NCBI GenBank assembly: GCA_963753975.1
Contig: CAVWEH010000002.1
Location: 128,001-192,000, forward strand
Length of the DNA stretch: 64,000 nt
DNA from: an uncultured delta proteobacterium
GTDB taxonomy: Bacteria > Desulfobacterota > Syntrophia > Syntrophales > Smithellaceae
Direction of reading: 5' to 3'
In this document: positions 11,466 through 21,455 of the stretch, piece after piece
Layout of the letters: each line of letters opens with the position of its first letter
Numbering within the stretch: position 1 is the first letter of the stretch
Notes under the pieces: model-generated
The model's database searches: none
What the model was told of the DNA's origin: nothing
What the model saw: the letters and a program-made list of their open reading frames with translations, nothing else
Program-made: the position numbers and the translations under genes

Positions 11466-11524
11466 AGGGAAGGCCTATACGGGAACTATTTCCCATTAAT
11501 TTATATAAAACCAGAAAAGCACGT

Positions 11525-12076
11525 ATGCTTTATATAGCTCTTTTACATTATCCCGTATACGACAAAGATGGGAAAATTGTGACCACGACTATCGCTAATA
11601 TGGATATTCATGATATAGCCAGGTGCGCCAGGACCTATGATGTCAAAAGTTTTTATATAGTAAACCCAATATCCGCCCAACGGGGTTTGGCAAAAGATAT
11701 CATCAGCCACTGGCGGGATGGTTACGGAGCGAATTTCAATCCATCGCGTAAAGAAGCCTTTAAACTGGTTAGACTAAAGGAAAATATCGAAGAAGTTTTG
11801 ATGGAAATTGAAGGGAAAACGGGATCTGTCCCGAAAACGATTGTAACCGGAGCTAACTTGAAAGACGGGCTTTTATCCTTCACAGATCTAAAAAAATTAT
11901 TAAAAAATGAGGAATTGCCTTATCTTCTAATATTTGGTACAGGTTCCGGCATTGCTAAGGAATTGGTGAAAAAAGCGGATTACCGCCTGGAGCCGATAAT
12001 TGGAGCTAAAAAATATAATCATCTTGCCGTTCGTTCGGCGGCGGCTATAATATTGGATAGAATTATGGGTAACTAG
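11525..12076 (+). CDS. SPOUT-class RNA methyltransferase (TrmD-associated family)
   Basis: 'LYIALLHYPV', 'DIHDIAR', 'FGTGSG', 'YNHLAVRSAAAIILDR'; the likely start is ATG 11525 because the longer ORF starts inside the repeat. Confidence 0.9.
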   Translation: MLYIALLHYPVYDKDGKIVTTTIANMDIHDIARCARTYDVKSFYIVNPISAQRGLAKDIISHWRDGYGANFNPSRKEAFKLVRLKENIEEVLMEIEGKTGSVPKTIVTGANLKDGLLSFTDLKKLLKNEELPYLLIFGTGSGIAKELVKKADYRLEPIIGAKKYNHLAVRSAAAIILDRIMGN

Positions 12077-12122
12077 CCTAAATTATTATATATAGGTTGA
12101 GGATTGCAGGAGGGAATGGAAA

Positions 12123-12473
12123 ATGAATATGGTGGAAATGATTGAAAAGGAACACATGAGAGGTGATATTCCCGGTTTCAAAACCGGTGATACGGTGAAA
12201 GTATACGTGCGCATTATTGAAGGTCAAAAACAGAGGATTCAGGCTTTTGAAGGTATAGTCATCCGCAAACGACGGGGCAACAGCCGGGCGAATTTTACGG
12301 TAAGAAAAGTCTCTTACGGTGTTGGCGTGGAAAGGACATTCCCTTTGCATTCGCCGATTATTGACCGGATTGAAGTTGTCAGCAAAGGGCAGGTGCGCCG
12401 TTCCCGTCTTTACTATTTGAGAAACTTAAGAGGCAAAAAGGCGAGGATTAAGGAAGCAACAAGCAGTAATTAA
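12123..12473 (+). CDS. rplS: 50S ribosomal protein L19
   Basis: '[10 protein letters not shown]', 'GVGVERTFP', '[10 protein letters not shown]'. Confidence 0.98.
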   Translation: MNMVEMIEKEHMRGDIPGFKTGDTVKVYVRIIEGQKQRIQAFEGIVIRKRRGNSRANFTVRKVSYGVGVERTFPLHSPIIDRIEVVSKGQVRRSRLYYLRNLRGKKARIKEATSSN

Positions 12474-12549
12474 AAGTGGATTTTTTTATTTACGCTGATA
12501 TGCATTGAGTTTATGGTAAGGAAATATTAATCGTTGGTATCTATTGTCA

Positions 12550-13164
12550 ATGGATACTTTTGAAAAACTTGCCCACCATGAAGGATATAAGCAAATTGCC
12601 GGCATTGATGAAGCGGGCCGCGGACCACTGGCTGGCCCGGTCGTTTCTGCGGCGGTAATTTTTCCTATTGGCTATACGAATTCCGAAATACAAGACTCCA
12701 AGAAGCTTTCCGCGCACAAGAGAGAAGAACTCTATGATATAATTATAAGTGAAGCAATTACCGTCGGCGTGGGAGTCACCGACGCAGAAATAATTGATAG
12801 AGTCAATATTCTGCAAGCAACTTTTTTGGCTATGCGCGAGGCTGTACGGGAGCTTTCCCTACCGCCGGATTTTCTCTTAATAGACGGTCTTCATTGTATC
12901 CCCATAGAAATCCCGCAAAAACCGCTGGTAAAAGGAGACAACCTAAGCATCTCGATCGCCGCGGCATCGATCATTGCCAAAGTATCTCGCGACCGGATTA
13001 TGGAAATCTACCATCGTCAATTTCCCCAGTATAATTTTTTGCGAAATAAGGGTTATGGTACCAAAGAACACTGCAATGCCGTAAAAGAATTCGGCCTGTG
13101 TAAAATTCATCGCAGGTCATTCCATATCAAACATTTAAATCAAACGACCTTGGATTTATTTTAA
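12550..13164 (+). CDS. rnhB: Ribonuclease HII
   Basis: 'GIDEAGRGPLAGPV', 'DSKKL', 'AASIIAKVSRD'. Confidence 0.97.
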   Translation: MDTFEKLAHHEGYKQIAGIDEAGRGPLAGPVVSAAVIFPIGYTNSEIQDSKKLSAHKREELYDIIISEAITVGVGVTDAEIIDRVNILQATFLAMREAVRELSLPPDFLLIDGLHCIPIEIPQKPLVKGDNLSISIAAASIIAKVSRDRIMEIYHRQFPQYNFLRNKGYGTKEHCNAVKEFGLCKIHRRSFHIKHLNQTTLDLF

Positions 13165-13169
13165 GTAAA

Positions 13170-13544
13170 ATGAAAGATAAGACAAAAATTACTACGGGAA
13201 AGGAAGGCGAAAAAATCGCCGCTAATTTTCTGAAGAAAAACGGCTACCGGATTATCGATAAAAATTTCCGTTGCCCTCTGGGTGAAATAGATATAGTGGC
13301 GCGGGAAAAAGGTGCGATTGTATTCGTCGAAGTAAAAACCAGAAAATCAAGCAAATTAGGTTATCCCGAACAAGCTGTCGGAATAAAAAAACAAAAAAAG
13401 ATGTCTCAATTGGCTTTGTGGTTTATGCAAAAGGAAAAATTTATCGATACCAGCGCACGGTTTGACGTGGTGGCCATAACAATGCTTTCTTCCGGAAACG
13501 AAATTAAACTTTTTAAAAACGCTTTTGACTATATTGGTTCTTAG
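13170..13544 (+). CDS. yraN: YraN/UPF0102 family endonuclease-like protein
   Basis: 'GEIDIVA...FVEVKTR', 'RFDVVAI'. Confidence 0.93.
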   Translation: MKDKTKITTGKEGEKIAANFLKKNGYRIIDKNFRCPLGEIDIVAREKGAIVFVEVKTRKSSKLGYPEQAVGIKKQKKMSQLALWFMQKEKFIDTSARFDVVAITMLSSGNEIKLFKNAFDYIGS

Positions 13545-14935
13545 GAATTGTTTTCGGTCTGAAAATGGCTCAAAGCCGGTTTACCGATAGGATAAACATT
13601 AAAGCCCAGGCTAAAACATTTCTTGTGGTCGACGATATTTCGTCCATCGAAAAGGAAGGCCGGTTTAACCATAGACTTGTATATTTTCCGAAAATCCAAT
13701 TTTCGGTATAAATCCCAATCGGTAAGAATGGCTAAGGCATGACAGCCGGCGGCGGCGCGGTAGGGGTCTTCAATGTATTTTACACTCCCTTTGACGCCGG
13801 CAAGGTCGATAGCAGCGTTTTTCAGAGCTTGGGGATCGGAGATAATGACTTCAGCGTGTTCCGCAAGCAGTTGGCGCGTAATATAAATGGCCGGACTTTC
13901 TCTGGTATCGCCGGTATTGGCTTTAAAAGCAAATCCCAGAATGCAAATCTTTTTCTCGGCTAGGGTATTAAACATGCTGCGCAGGATGTTCGCTATAAAG
14001 CGGTCCTGCTGGTACTCATTTATTTTCACAACACTTTCCCAATAATCGGCTACTTCCTGTAGCCCGTAATAACCGCATAGATAGACAAGATTTAAGATGT
14101 CTTTTTTGAAACAGGAACCGCCGAATCCTATCCCTGCTTGGAGAAATTTACTGCCTACTCGGCTGTCCATTCCCACAGCTTTGGCGACTTCCGCAATATC
14201 GGCATCGGTTTTTTCACAAAGAGCGGAAATCGAATTAATGGATGAAACACGCTGAGCTAGAAAAGCGTTGGCTACCAGCTTGGATAACTCAGCGCTCCAG
14301 ATATTGGAGGTGATTATTTTTTCTTTTGGAACCCATCTGGAGTAGATATTTACCAATTCCTGACGAGCTTTTAAGCCGTTTCTTGTTTCATGGGAACCGA
14401 TGAGCACGCGATCGGGATTTTCCAAATCTTCAATGGCTGTGCCTTCGGCCAAAAATTCCGGATTGGATAGAACATCAAATATAATTTTTCCCTTTGTTGA
14501 ATTGAGAATTTTTTCCATGGCCAGGGCGGTTTTCACGGGCAGAGTGCTTTTTTCAATTACAATTTTCGATGATTGGGAATTTTCCCGAATTTGCCGGGCT
14601 GTTTTTTCCCAGTATTGTAAATCTGCGGCCATGCCCGCACCGGTGCCGAATGTTTTCGTCGGAGTATTGACGCTAACAAAAATGATGTTATTTTCTTTGA
14701 TCTGTTTTTCAATATCTTTGACGAAGAATAAGTTTTTACCGCGGGTTTTTTTTATAATTTTGTCCAACCCCGGTTCATAAACGGGAAGTTCATTGGAATT
14801 CCAGGCGTCAATGCGTTCGTGATTAATGTCCACTACGGTTACTTTGCAATCGGGGCATTTATAGGCTATCATGGCCATCGAAGGGCCTCCGACATAACCG
14901 GCCCCGATACAAAGTATCTTCTTTTTGAATTTCAT
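13541..14935 (-). CDS. ugd: UDP-glucose 6-dehydrogenase
   Basis: 'CIGAGYVGGP', 'SNPEFLAEG', catalytic 'GFGGSCFKKD'. Confidence 0.95.
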   Translation of the reverse strand: MKFKKKILCIGAGYVGGPSMAMIAYKCPDCKVTVVDINHERIDAWNSNELPVYEPGLDKIIKKTRGKNLFFVKDIEKQIKENNIIFVSVNTPTKTFGTGAGMAADLQYWEKTARQIRENSQSSKIVIEKSTLPVKTALAMEKILNSTKGKIIFDVLSNPEFLAEGTAIEDLENPDRVLIGSHETRNGLKARQELVNIYSRWVPKEKIITSNIWSAELSKLVANAFLAQRVSSINSISALCEKTDADIAEVAKAVGMDSRVGSKFLQAGIGFGGSCFKKDILNLVYLCGYYGLQEVADYWESVVKINEYQQDRFIANILRSMFNTLAEKKICILGFAFKANTGDTRESPAIYITRQLLAEHAEVIISDPQALKNAAIDLAGVKGSVKYIEDPYRAAAGCHALAILTDWDLYRKLDFRKIYKSMVKPAFLFDGRNIVDHKKCFSLGFNVYPIGKPALSHFQTENNS

Positions 14936-14958
14936 TTCACTAATAAAGCCTCCGCAAG

Positions 14959-15903
14959 TTAAATATGCTTTAGAATATTACGAAAATACTCGATTGTGTT
15001 TTTCAAACCTTTTTCCAAATCCACTTGGGGTTTCCATCCCAGTTTCTTTCCGGCTAGAGCTATATCCGGCTTGCGTTGAATGGGATCATCCATGGTAGGC
15101 AGATGGAAAACAATCTTCGAGCTGCTTTTTGTCAGTCTAATTATTAATCGCGCCAATTCCAGAATGGTAAATTCTACGGTGTTGCCGAGGTTGACCGGGC
15201 CGTAAAAATCATCAGCACAGTTCATCATTCGGATTAATCCTTCCACCATATCCTCCACGTAACAAAAGGATCGGGTATGACTGCCGTCCCCGTAAACGGT
15301 AATATCCGAGCCCTGCAGGGCTTGAATAATGAAATTGCTGACAACGCGGCCGTCATTAATTGCCATGCGCGGCCCGTAAGTGTTAAAAATACGAACTATT
15401 TTTGTGTTGACGCCGTTTTGCCTGCGGTAGTCCATCATCAGGCATTCCGCAGCTCTTTTCCCTTCATCATAACAACTGCGAATCCCGATAGGATTGACGC
15501 GTCCCCAGTATGATTCTCTTTGCGGATGCATTTCGGGATCACCATAAACTTCCGAAGTGGAAGCCTGTAGAATTTTTGCTTTAGCCCGCTTGGCAATACC
15601 CAGGACGTTGATCACTCCGATGACGTTAGCTTTGATTGTTTTAATCGGGTTGAGTTGATAATGTACCGGTGATGCCGGACAAGCCAGGTTATATATCTCA
15701 TCGACTTCCAGATAAACGGGATTGATTATATCATGGCGAATTAGCTCAAAATGCGGATTACTCAAAAAAAAGGCTATATTATCCTTATTACCCGTATAAA
15801 AATTATCCAGACAAACGATGTCGTTATCATCGTTTAGCAGCCTCTCACAAAGATGAGAGCCTAAAAATCCGGCACCGCCGGTAATTAATATACGCTTTAT
15901 CAT
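14959..15903 (-). CDS. UDP-glucuronic acid decarboxylase (UDP-xylose synthase)
   Basis: '[10 protein letters not shown]', '[11 protein letters not shown]', 'ASTSEVYG', 'RSCYDEGKR'. Confidence 0.93.
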   Translation of the reverse strand: MIKRILITGGAGFLGSHLCERLLNDDNDIVCLDNFYTGNKDNIAFFLSNPHFELIRHDIINPVYLEVDEIYNLACPASPVHYQLNPIKTIKANVIGVINVLGIAKRAKAKILQASTSEVYGDPEMHPQRESYWGRVNPIGIRSCYDEGKRAAECLMMDYRRQNGVNTKIVRIFNTYGPRMAINDGRVVSNFIIQALQGSDITVYGDGSHTRSFCYVEDMVEGLIRMMNCADDFYGPVNLGNTVEFTILELARLIIRLTKSSSKIVFHLPTMDDPIQRKPDIALAGKKLGWKPQVDLEKGLKNTIEYFRNILKHI

Positions 15904-16003
15904 ATAATTTTATTATTCATTGTGGTAATTATCTTGTGGTTTTGCTATTAAACTTAAACCGGCCTCAGATGTCAACTTAAAAATATATTTTGTGCGGATT
16001 TTT

Positions 16004-16873
16004 ATGGCGGAAAAAACAGGTATAAAAAAAGGGACTCTATATGTTGTTGCCACCCCCATCGGAAATCTCGAAGATATTTCCCTGCGGGCAATCCGCATAC
16101 TGAGAGAGGTCGACCTCGTTGCCGCCGAAGACACTCGCCGTACGAAGAAATTGCTTAATGCTTATAAAATATCAACGCCCCTGATTAGTTTGCATGAGCA
16201 CAATGAGAAGGAAAAAACCGAACTGATCATTTTCAAAATAAATTCCGGAATGAATGTGGCTTATGTGTCCGATGCCGGTACTCCCTGCATTTCTGACCCC
16301 GGTCATTATCTGATAGGTTTCGCGCACGCTGAAAATATCAGAGTCATCCCCGTTCCGGGGCCATCCGCGGTAATTACCGCTCTAAGTGCCTCCGGTTTTT
16401 CCGCGGATAGTTTTTTGTTTTGCGGCTTTTTGCCTGCGCGCGAAAATAAAAGACGAGAATTTATGAAATCTCTGAAAGATGAGGAAAGAACAATTGTTTT
16501 TTATGAATCACCCATGAGGGTTTGCGACTCGCTGAAAACTTTGCAGCAGGTGCTGGGCGACAGGGAAATAGTTCTGGCGCGCGAACTAACCAAAGTATTT
16601 GAAGAAGTTAAAAGAGATAAAATATCGGAGTTTATTATTCGCAAAACAAAATTTAAAGGAGAGATCACAATAATTATCAAGGGCGGACAAAAAAACCCGA
16701 TCGCTTTAACTGATGCAGAAATAATAAACAAGCTAAAGTCATCCTTAAAAAATAAGCACTTATCAATGCGCGATGCAGTGGCCGAAGTTGTAAACCAAAC
16801 AGGTGTGTCCAAAAAAAAGGTTTATGATCTTGCACTCAGGCTTCGTTTGGGAGAAAAGCTACTGAAAGGGTAG
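16004..16873 (+). CDS. rsmI: 16S rRNA (cytidine1402-2'-O)-methyltransferase
   Basis: 'LYVVATPIGNLEDI', 'AEDTR', 'SDAGTPCISDPG', 'RELTK'. Confidence 0.97.
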   Translation: MAEKTGIKKGTLYVVATPIGNLEDISLRAIRILREVDLVAAEDTRRTKKLLNAYKISTPLISLHEHNEKEKTELIIFKINSGMNVAYVSDAGTPCISDPGHYLIGFAHAENIRVIPVPGPSAVITALSASGFSADSFLFCGFLPARENKRREFMKSLKDEERTIVFYESPMRVCDSLKTLQQVLGDREIVLARELTKVFEEVKRDKISEFIIRKTKFKGEITIIIKGGQKNPIALTDAEIINKLKSSLKNKHLSMRDAVAEVVNQTGVSKKKVYDLALRLRLGEKLLKG

Positions 16874-16945
16874 GTAATGTGTTTAAAATAAAAGTGCAGG
16901 AGAGAATACCCGCACTTTCATTTTTTATCGCTTTCTTTTGCGGCG

Positions 16946-17995
16946 TTACACCTTCAAAGTATTTAGTCTAGCCAAGGTGCCTTCCGTCTCACTGATGATA
17001 CGACTTATAAGTTCTTTTGTAGTGGGTATATCCGTGATACCGCCGCAGCACTGGCCGGCAAAAAGAATACCGCCTTCGACATCGCCTTCGTTCAGGGCCT
17101 TCAGATGCTTCATATTTCCTACAGCCTGACGGGCGAGCACCATAAGCGGATGACCATCTTCGTCTCTTAACATTTCGATGCTAACACCCATAAATTTCCA
17201 AAAGGATAGATTCATCAGGCGTTTGACCAGAAGCGCTCCCTTGATCGCTTCGACAAGCGGAAAGCCGCGTTTCATCATTGCTTGGGCTTCCTTTGTTTTC
17301 AGCACACGGCCGTCCATTCCATCGAACACATTGTCGTAGAGCGTGTCCTGCTCCGTCGCCTGGAGGCATAAGCGCTTGAAATTCTCATGAACCATGCTTT
17401 CTTTGACCACCATAAAACGGCTGCCCATGGAAATACCGTCCGCCCCTAAGGCCAATGCCGCCGCCAGTCCCCGGCCGTCGTAAAATCCTCCCGCCGCAAT
17501 TATTGGCACCTTCACCATGCCGGCCACTAGAGGAATCAGAACCATGGAGGTAGCCGCCGCGCCATGCGCCGCTGCTTCATGACCAGTTACGACCAAGGCA
17601 TCACAACCCAACTGCACAGCCTTTGCGGCGTGTTTGGCTATGGCAATCGTTCCTACTACTTTCCCTCCATAGGCATGCACATCGTTGACAAACCAGGGCT
17701 TACCCAGCGAATAATTAATGATGGGCACCTTTTCTTCAATCGCCACGGCAATATTTTCCTTTGCTCCGGGACCGACCAAAATCTGATTTATCCCGAAGGG
17801 TTTATCGGTTAGGTCTCTAATTTTGCGGATATTTTCTTTTGTTTCCTTGGGAGTACATCGCGCTATAGCCAGTATGCCCAGTCCTCCGGCATTGCATACC
17901 GCTGAAACCAGTTTCGGCTCTGTAATCCAATTCATGCCGGCGAGCATAATCGGATGCTCAATTCCAAACATCTTAGTCATTCTTGTTTTGAACAT
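16946..17995 (-). CDS. Nitronate monooxygenase / FabK-like FMN-dependent enoyl-thioester reductase
   Basis: 'GIEHPIMLAGM', 'GHEAAAH', 'PIIAAGGFYDGRG', 'GADGISMGSRF'. Confidence 0.88.
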   Translation of the reverse strand: MFKTRMTKMFGIEHPIMLAGMNWITEPKLVSAVCNAGGLGILAIARCTPKETKENIRKIRDLTDKPFGINQILVGPGAKENIAVAIEEKVPIINYSLGKPWFVNDVHAYGGKVVGTIAIAKHAAKAVQLGCDALVVTGHEAAAHGAAATSMVLIPLVAGMVKVPIIAAGGFYDGRGLAAALALGADGISMGSRFMVVKESMVHENFKRLCLQATEQDTLYDNVFDGMDGRVLKTKEAQAMMKRGFPLVEAIKGALLVKRLMNLSFWKFMGVSIEMLRDEDGHPLMVLARQAVGNMKHLKALNEGDVEGGILFAGQCCGGITDIPTTKELISRIISETEGTLARLNTLKV

Positions 17996-18310
17996 AATCT
18001 TCTCCTTAATATTTCTTGTCGAAACAGCATAGGAGAACAGCATTCACATGTCAAAGTAATTTTAATGAAGCCATAAGTATCTTGATTGAATATCTTATAG
18101 AAATGCCCAAAAATTATGGACAAAACAATAATAAAATAATTTGCGGTACCGGCATTTTAGGGACAAAGCAATTGTCGAGGTCGTCCCCCCATATCAGGTA
18201 TGGGGCAGGCTGCATAGAGATAGAGGCGCGACACCTGCTCGATACAAAGCCACAGAAGCCGTGTTGCCGCTAAAAATGGTCATCATAATTCTGTATGATA
18301 ATTAAAAAGT

Positions 18311-18343
18311 AAAAAGGGGCCAGAAAACTGACCCCTTTTTTTT
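18311..18343 (-). terminator. Intrinsic terminator (possibly bidirectional)
   Basis: A5-GGGGCCAG-AAAA-CTGACCCC-T8 downstream of the membrane protein gene. Confidence 0.75.
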
Positions 18344-18365
18344 AAAATTTGATTCAGTAATTGTG

Positions 18366-18884
18366 CTACTTGGCTTTTGCGGCTCTTTTCATTGCCATCG
18401 CGGTTACGATTTTGTAGATGCCCATTAAGCCGAGAATAGCTAACCCGCCGCCGATGAGCGTAATTGCAATCCATAAATACGGAGCCGTTTTGCTATTCGG
18501 GTTGGGAACGTAGATGGCTATACCGGAGGCGATGTAGAAAAAGAAGGTGTAAATGTTCACTGCCATCGGAATCATTTCACCGAAAGCGACGATGATATAA
18601 ACTACGAGCAGAATAAAGAATATTTTTGCCACGGACATTCCTATGCTGGGTCCAACGTTAAGGACGAAAAACTTAGTTAGAATCAGGCAAATAATTCCGA
18701 CGGAGCCGCCCACCAGGATCGGGAGAGCTGTTTTCTTATCACCATGGGCCATCAGGAAGAAAGCCATGGCCAAGAATGCCGGCCAGAAAACTATATGAAG
18801 TTCCTCCGCTACTACTTCACCTATTGCCACTAGAATAATTAGAAACAATCCGAAAATAAGTCTGTTTTTGTCAAACTTGACCAT
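18366..18884 (-). CDS. Hypothetical polytopic membrane protein
   Basis: About 6 hydrophobic segments; GGAGG SD upstream. Confidence 0.75.
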   Translation of the reverse strand: MVKFDKNRLIFGLFLIILVAIGEVVAEELHIVFWPAFLAMAFFLMAHGDKKTALPILVGGSVGIICLILTKFFVLNVGPSIGMSVAKIFFILLVVYIIVAFGEMIPMAVNIYTFFFYIASGIAIYVPNPNSKTAPYLWIAITLIGGGLAILGLMGIYKIVTAMAMKRAAKAK

Positions 18885-19159
18885 AATCTTGCCCTCCTAG
18901 TTTTTTTAAAATTTCTCAAGGACTATTTCTTGAGTTTTAACGACGGGGGGATAAATATCACGTCTGAAGCAGAGCATCAACCTATTTTAATGTACTCTGT
19001 TTTCTTAATACAGGTAAGTAACTTTGCCTGTGGATAAAATCGATCTAAGGAAAACGTATTTGAATGATTGCGCGAATTGCTCCGGCAGGAAATATTGTTG
19101 CACAGCTTGATGCTTTTTAGTTGCGTTAACATCGAGGTATTGGGTCTCTTTTTCGCAAT

Positions 19160-19203
19160 AAAAGGGCAAGGTTCCCTCGCTGGAAAAAGAGGGAGCCTTG
19201 CCT
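19160..19203 (-). terminator. Intrinsic terminator after acyl-CoA ligase
   Basis: Minus strand GGCAAGGCTCCCTC...GAGGGAACCTTGCC followed by a T-rich tail. Confidence 0.75.
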
Positions 19204-19214
19204 GTTAAGCGGTC

Positions 19215-20720
19215 TTACTTCATTTTCCTCAATTCCTTCTTCAGAATCTTGCCCACCAGCGTTTTGGGGAGGGCAGACATGATAACGATTTCCTTGGGGA
19301 CGAAGAATTTCTTAAGCTTGCCTGCGCAGTACTCTTTGATTTCTTCCGGTGTTGCCGGTTGCCCAGGTTTCAATGTCACACAGGCCTTGATATCTTCGCC
19401 ATAGACCGGGTCCTTGATGCCGATTACAGCTGCCTCAGCTATGCCGGGGTGAGCGTAAAGGACTTCCTCAATTGTCCGTGGGGAAATGTTTTCCCCTCCC
19501 TTGATGATGATGTCTTTTTTGCGATCCGTGATAAAAAAGTAGCCATCCTTATCAATGTGACCTATATCGCCCGTATGGAGCCAGCCGTTCTTAATTACCT
19601 CGGCTGTCGCCTCGGGCAGTTTCCAGTAGCCTTTCATAACCATTGGCCCGCGGAGAACGATTTCACCCTCTTGACCTTGGGGTACCTCCTTGTCATTGTC
19701 ATCAAATATCTTTATCTCCATTCCCTTCATGGGGAGGCCTATGGAGCCGGGCTTTTTCACGGCTACATGGGCTTGACCGGAATTGACGGCCCCGGCTTCG
19801 GTTAAGCCCCAGCCTTCGCCGATTTCGCCCCCGAATTTTTCCTTGAACTGTTTCCATGTATCCACGGACAGCGGCGCCGAGCCGCAAACCCAATTCCAAA
19901 CAGAGCTTACGTCATATTTGGCGGCATCCGGATACATGAGCATATAGATATACATGGTCGGAACAGCCGGGACACTCTGAACTTTATATTTTTGAATGTT
20001 GGAGAAAAGTTGTTCGAGATTGAACTGGCGCATAATGACGACCTTGCCGTGATAACGGAGGAAGGCGCCGTTCATCATGCCGACCCCGAAAGAATGGCAA
20101 AGTGGCAAAACGGCAACGGTAACCAGATCCTGCGGAAGGTTGGTCGTCTCCTGCTGGCATTTGGCAACATAATAAAGACCGTAATGTGTGAGCATGACCC
20201 CCTTCGGGGTACCCGTTGTTCCGGATGTATAGATAAGTGCTGCAACATCAGAATCAGCAGTTTTTACAATATCAAGCTTATCTGAATTTTCTTCAATAAG
20301 CTTATTAAAGGGATGTGTACCTTCATGCTCTTTGTCGGAAACCAGGATGATGTTTTTGACAGAGGTAACTTTGGATTGGGCTATCTTTACTTTGTCGAGA
20401 TGCTCAGGGGAGGTAATGATTGTGTTTGCTCCGCTATCCTTATAAATGTAATTGATTTCTTCCTGACCAACAAGATAGTTGATCGGGACGGCGACGGCGC
20501 CTATTTTCCAGATGGCCTGAAAGGCCTGGAGGACTTCCGGGCAGTTCTGCATCTGCATGATTACACGGTCACTCTTTTTCACCCCCAATTTTTTGAGAGC
20601 ATTGCCCAGTTTCTTAGCGTCACGGTCCATCTCCATGTTCGTTATCTGCTGCCCCTCGAAGATATAACTAACATGTTCTCCTACTTCTTGATTTTTTAAA
20701 GCTAATTCAGCGATGTTCAT
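19215..20720 (-). CDS. Long-chain fatty acid--CoA ligase (AMP-forming)
   Basis: 'YTSGTTGTPKG', 'EGWGLTE', 'WLHTGDIG', 'DRKKDII', 'GKILK'. Confidence 0.93.
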   Translation of the reverse strand: MNIAELALKNQEVGEHVSYIFEGQQITNMEMDRDAKKLGNALKKLGVKKSDRVIMQMQNCPEVLQAFQAIWKIGAVAVPINYLVGQEEINYIYKDSGANTIITSPEHLDKVKIAQSKVTSVKNIILVSDKEHEGTHPFNKLIEENSDKLDIVKTADSDVAALIYTSGTTGTPKGVMLTHYGLYYVAKCQQETTNLPQDLVTVAVLPLCHSFGVGMMNGAFLRYHGKVVIMRQFNLEQLFSNIQKYKVQSVPAVPTMYIYMLMYPDAAKYDVSSVWNWVCGSAPLSVDTWKQFKEKFGGEIGEGWGLTEAGAVNSGQAHVAVKKPGSIGLPMKGMEIKIFDDNDKEVPQGQEGEIVLRGPMVMKGYWKLPEATAEVIKNGWLHTGDIGHIDKDGYFFITDRKKDIIIKGGENISPRTIEEVLYAHPGIAEAAVIGIKDPVYGEDIKACVTLKPGQPATPEEIKEYCAGKLKKFFVPKEIVIMSALPKTLVGKILKKELRKMK

Positions 20721-21296
20721 CTAGGTATTACCTCCTTATAGATTATGGCCATCTCACCCGTTTCAGGGAAGGGATGAGATAAATGCTAAGCTTATGCTAA
20801 ATTGCTTTTCTAGATCGAATTCATTTCAATTTCAGTTTATTGAAGACCTGTTGAGCGACATCAGTACACCGGTTCGATCTATGTCCAGTTGTGACATCTG
20901 ATCAGGGCATTTTACCACCGGAAAGGGCAACATCTTAGGGAGCTTACCGACGATCGCCTCTCAGAAGCATCCCTTGATAACTGCATTCAAAAACTTGAAT
21001 GACCGGTCGGCAGGTGTCACCTTGGGAAATGAGTCTTTTAAATTATGACGATTCAGACGCCCTGCGTATTTTTTATTGCAGAGAAGTACGAATTAATTAA
21101 TTATAATGACTACTTAAAACAAGAGCGAAAGAAAGGCTTTCATTAACTTCACTGCGAATACGTAGTTACCACAAGCAAAGGGCGAAGTCAATTCTAACCG
21201 GAGATTCACTGCAAGATAAATGGCAACATTTTTCGGTTCATTAACCAGCGTTTTTCAATAGTCAAGGGGGAGACTGACTCTCATTGTTTTTTGCAT

Positions 21297-21334
21297 AAAA
21301 ATTATTGACAAATATCTATTGTCTTAATTAGATT
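21297..21334 (+). promoter_or_regulatory. Putative sigma70 promoter, copy 1
   Basis: AAAAATTA-TTGACA-N18-TAGATT; near-identical motif at 23831-23868. Confidence 0.55.
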
Positions 21335-21455
21335 TACGCGTTTTATTAGTTGCAACGCTCCAGTTGGATTTAATTTAAAGATGCCTCACGCTGGCCGCTG
21401 TGAGCGGATTTTTCGCGAACGCAGATAAACTTTCCGGAGATAGTGCTTAATATCG

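Noticed and set aside
11432..11524. N-terminal extension of the SPOUT methyltransferase ORF
   Set aside because: It starts inside the tandem repeat; family similarity begins at ATG 11525
21160..21440. Riboswitch upstream of the asmA-like gene
   Set aside because: No recognisable consensus of c-di-GMP, cobalamin, TPP, SAM or FMN aptamers
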